Translations under genes and position numbers: made by a program | Assembly: GCA_965285935.1 (NCBI GenBank) | Contig: OZ260661.1 | Span: forward strand, 107,756,001-107,820,000 | Origin: Ophelia neglecta | Lineage: Eukaryota | Reading direction: 5' to 3' | Length of the DNA stretch: 64,000 nucleotides | Notes under the pieces: generated by a model | What the model was told of the DNA's origin: nothing | What the model saw: only the letters and a program-made list of their open reading frames with translations | Database searches by the model: none | Shown: positions 63,581-64,000 of the stretch, piece after piece | How the letters are laid out: each line of letters begins with the position of its first letter | Position numbering within the stretch: the first letter of the stretch is position 1

Positions 63581-63796
63581 CGGCTTTGTGTTAACAGCGA
63601 AAGCGAAAGGTGCGGCGAAAGCAGAATTGGTAGCACAATAATCTATAATATCCGACATATTATAACCCAACCCTAAACCCAAACACCTCGATACAAGTGG
63701 GTAAGGGTAGAGTAATTATTGTGATCATACTGGCTCATTTTAAGAAGCCAAGCTGCTTTCGCCGCAGCTTTCTCTTTCGCCGTTAACACAAAGCCC
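63581..63796. mobile_element. MITE with ~45-bp TIRs
   Basis: GGCTTTGTGTTAACAGCGAAAGCGAAAGGTGCGGCGAAAGCAG vs CTGCTTTCGCCGCAGCTTTCTCTTTCGCCGTTAACACAAAGCC. Confidence 0.8.
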
Positions 63797-64000
63797 ACAC
63801 ATTCAGGTGTGTATGAGCTGACGGTAGTAGGCTATAATGACAGTAAACTAGTTAAAAAATGTTTTAATTATGCATGCATGAATTGTAAACCTTCGATCGA
63901 TTCAATTTGTATCGACCAGAGCCCAATTCAAGTGCCTTTACGCGCATATATATTAGGAACAATCAGCCAAAAACGTATGAAATACTGGGCTAACAACTAA

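Noticed and set aside
1-64000. tRNA, rRNA, snoRNA or prokaryotic-type systems
   Set aside because: No cloverleaf, rRNA or box C/D-H/ACA structure recognised by eye; a covariance-model search (Infernal/Rfam, tRNAscan-SE) would be needed to exclude them

Overview
AT-rich, intron-rich animal genomic DNA, probably from a marine invertebrate; the species cannot be determined from the sequence. All exon chains were built by hand from GT-AG sites and phase continuity. Four genes are present. (1) A ~2316-aa ankyrin-repeat protein on + (CDS 832-30163, ~17 exons), with a 4033-nt low-complexity exon and two candidate micro-exons. (2) The pseudophosphatase STYX on - (CDS 39883-35005, 9 exons, 222 aa), with a 36-bp minisatellite in its 3' region and a long-TIR element in intron 1. 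(3) A type II membrane M28B peptidase (GCPII/NAALADase family) on + (41136-55632, 18 exons, ~805 aa if repaired), head-to-head with STYX. Its coding exon 5 is split by a young, 5'-truncated, antisense CR1/L2-group LINE with a TTCTTG target-site duplication (TSD), and its 3' region carries a second, L1/Tx1-type insertion with a 15-bp TSD. (4) The first exons of a tandem paralogue of gene 3, from ~59749 onward. Many MITEs and other non-autonomous elements are scattered through the window. Genes 1-2 lie in a CpG-depleted domain and the peptidase region is CpG-normal. TA-NNNN-TA palindromes (TAGGCCTA, TACATGTA, TACCGGTA) are strongly over-represented and may be transposon excision footprints.
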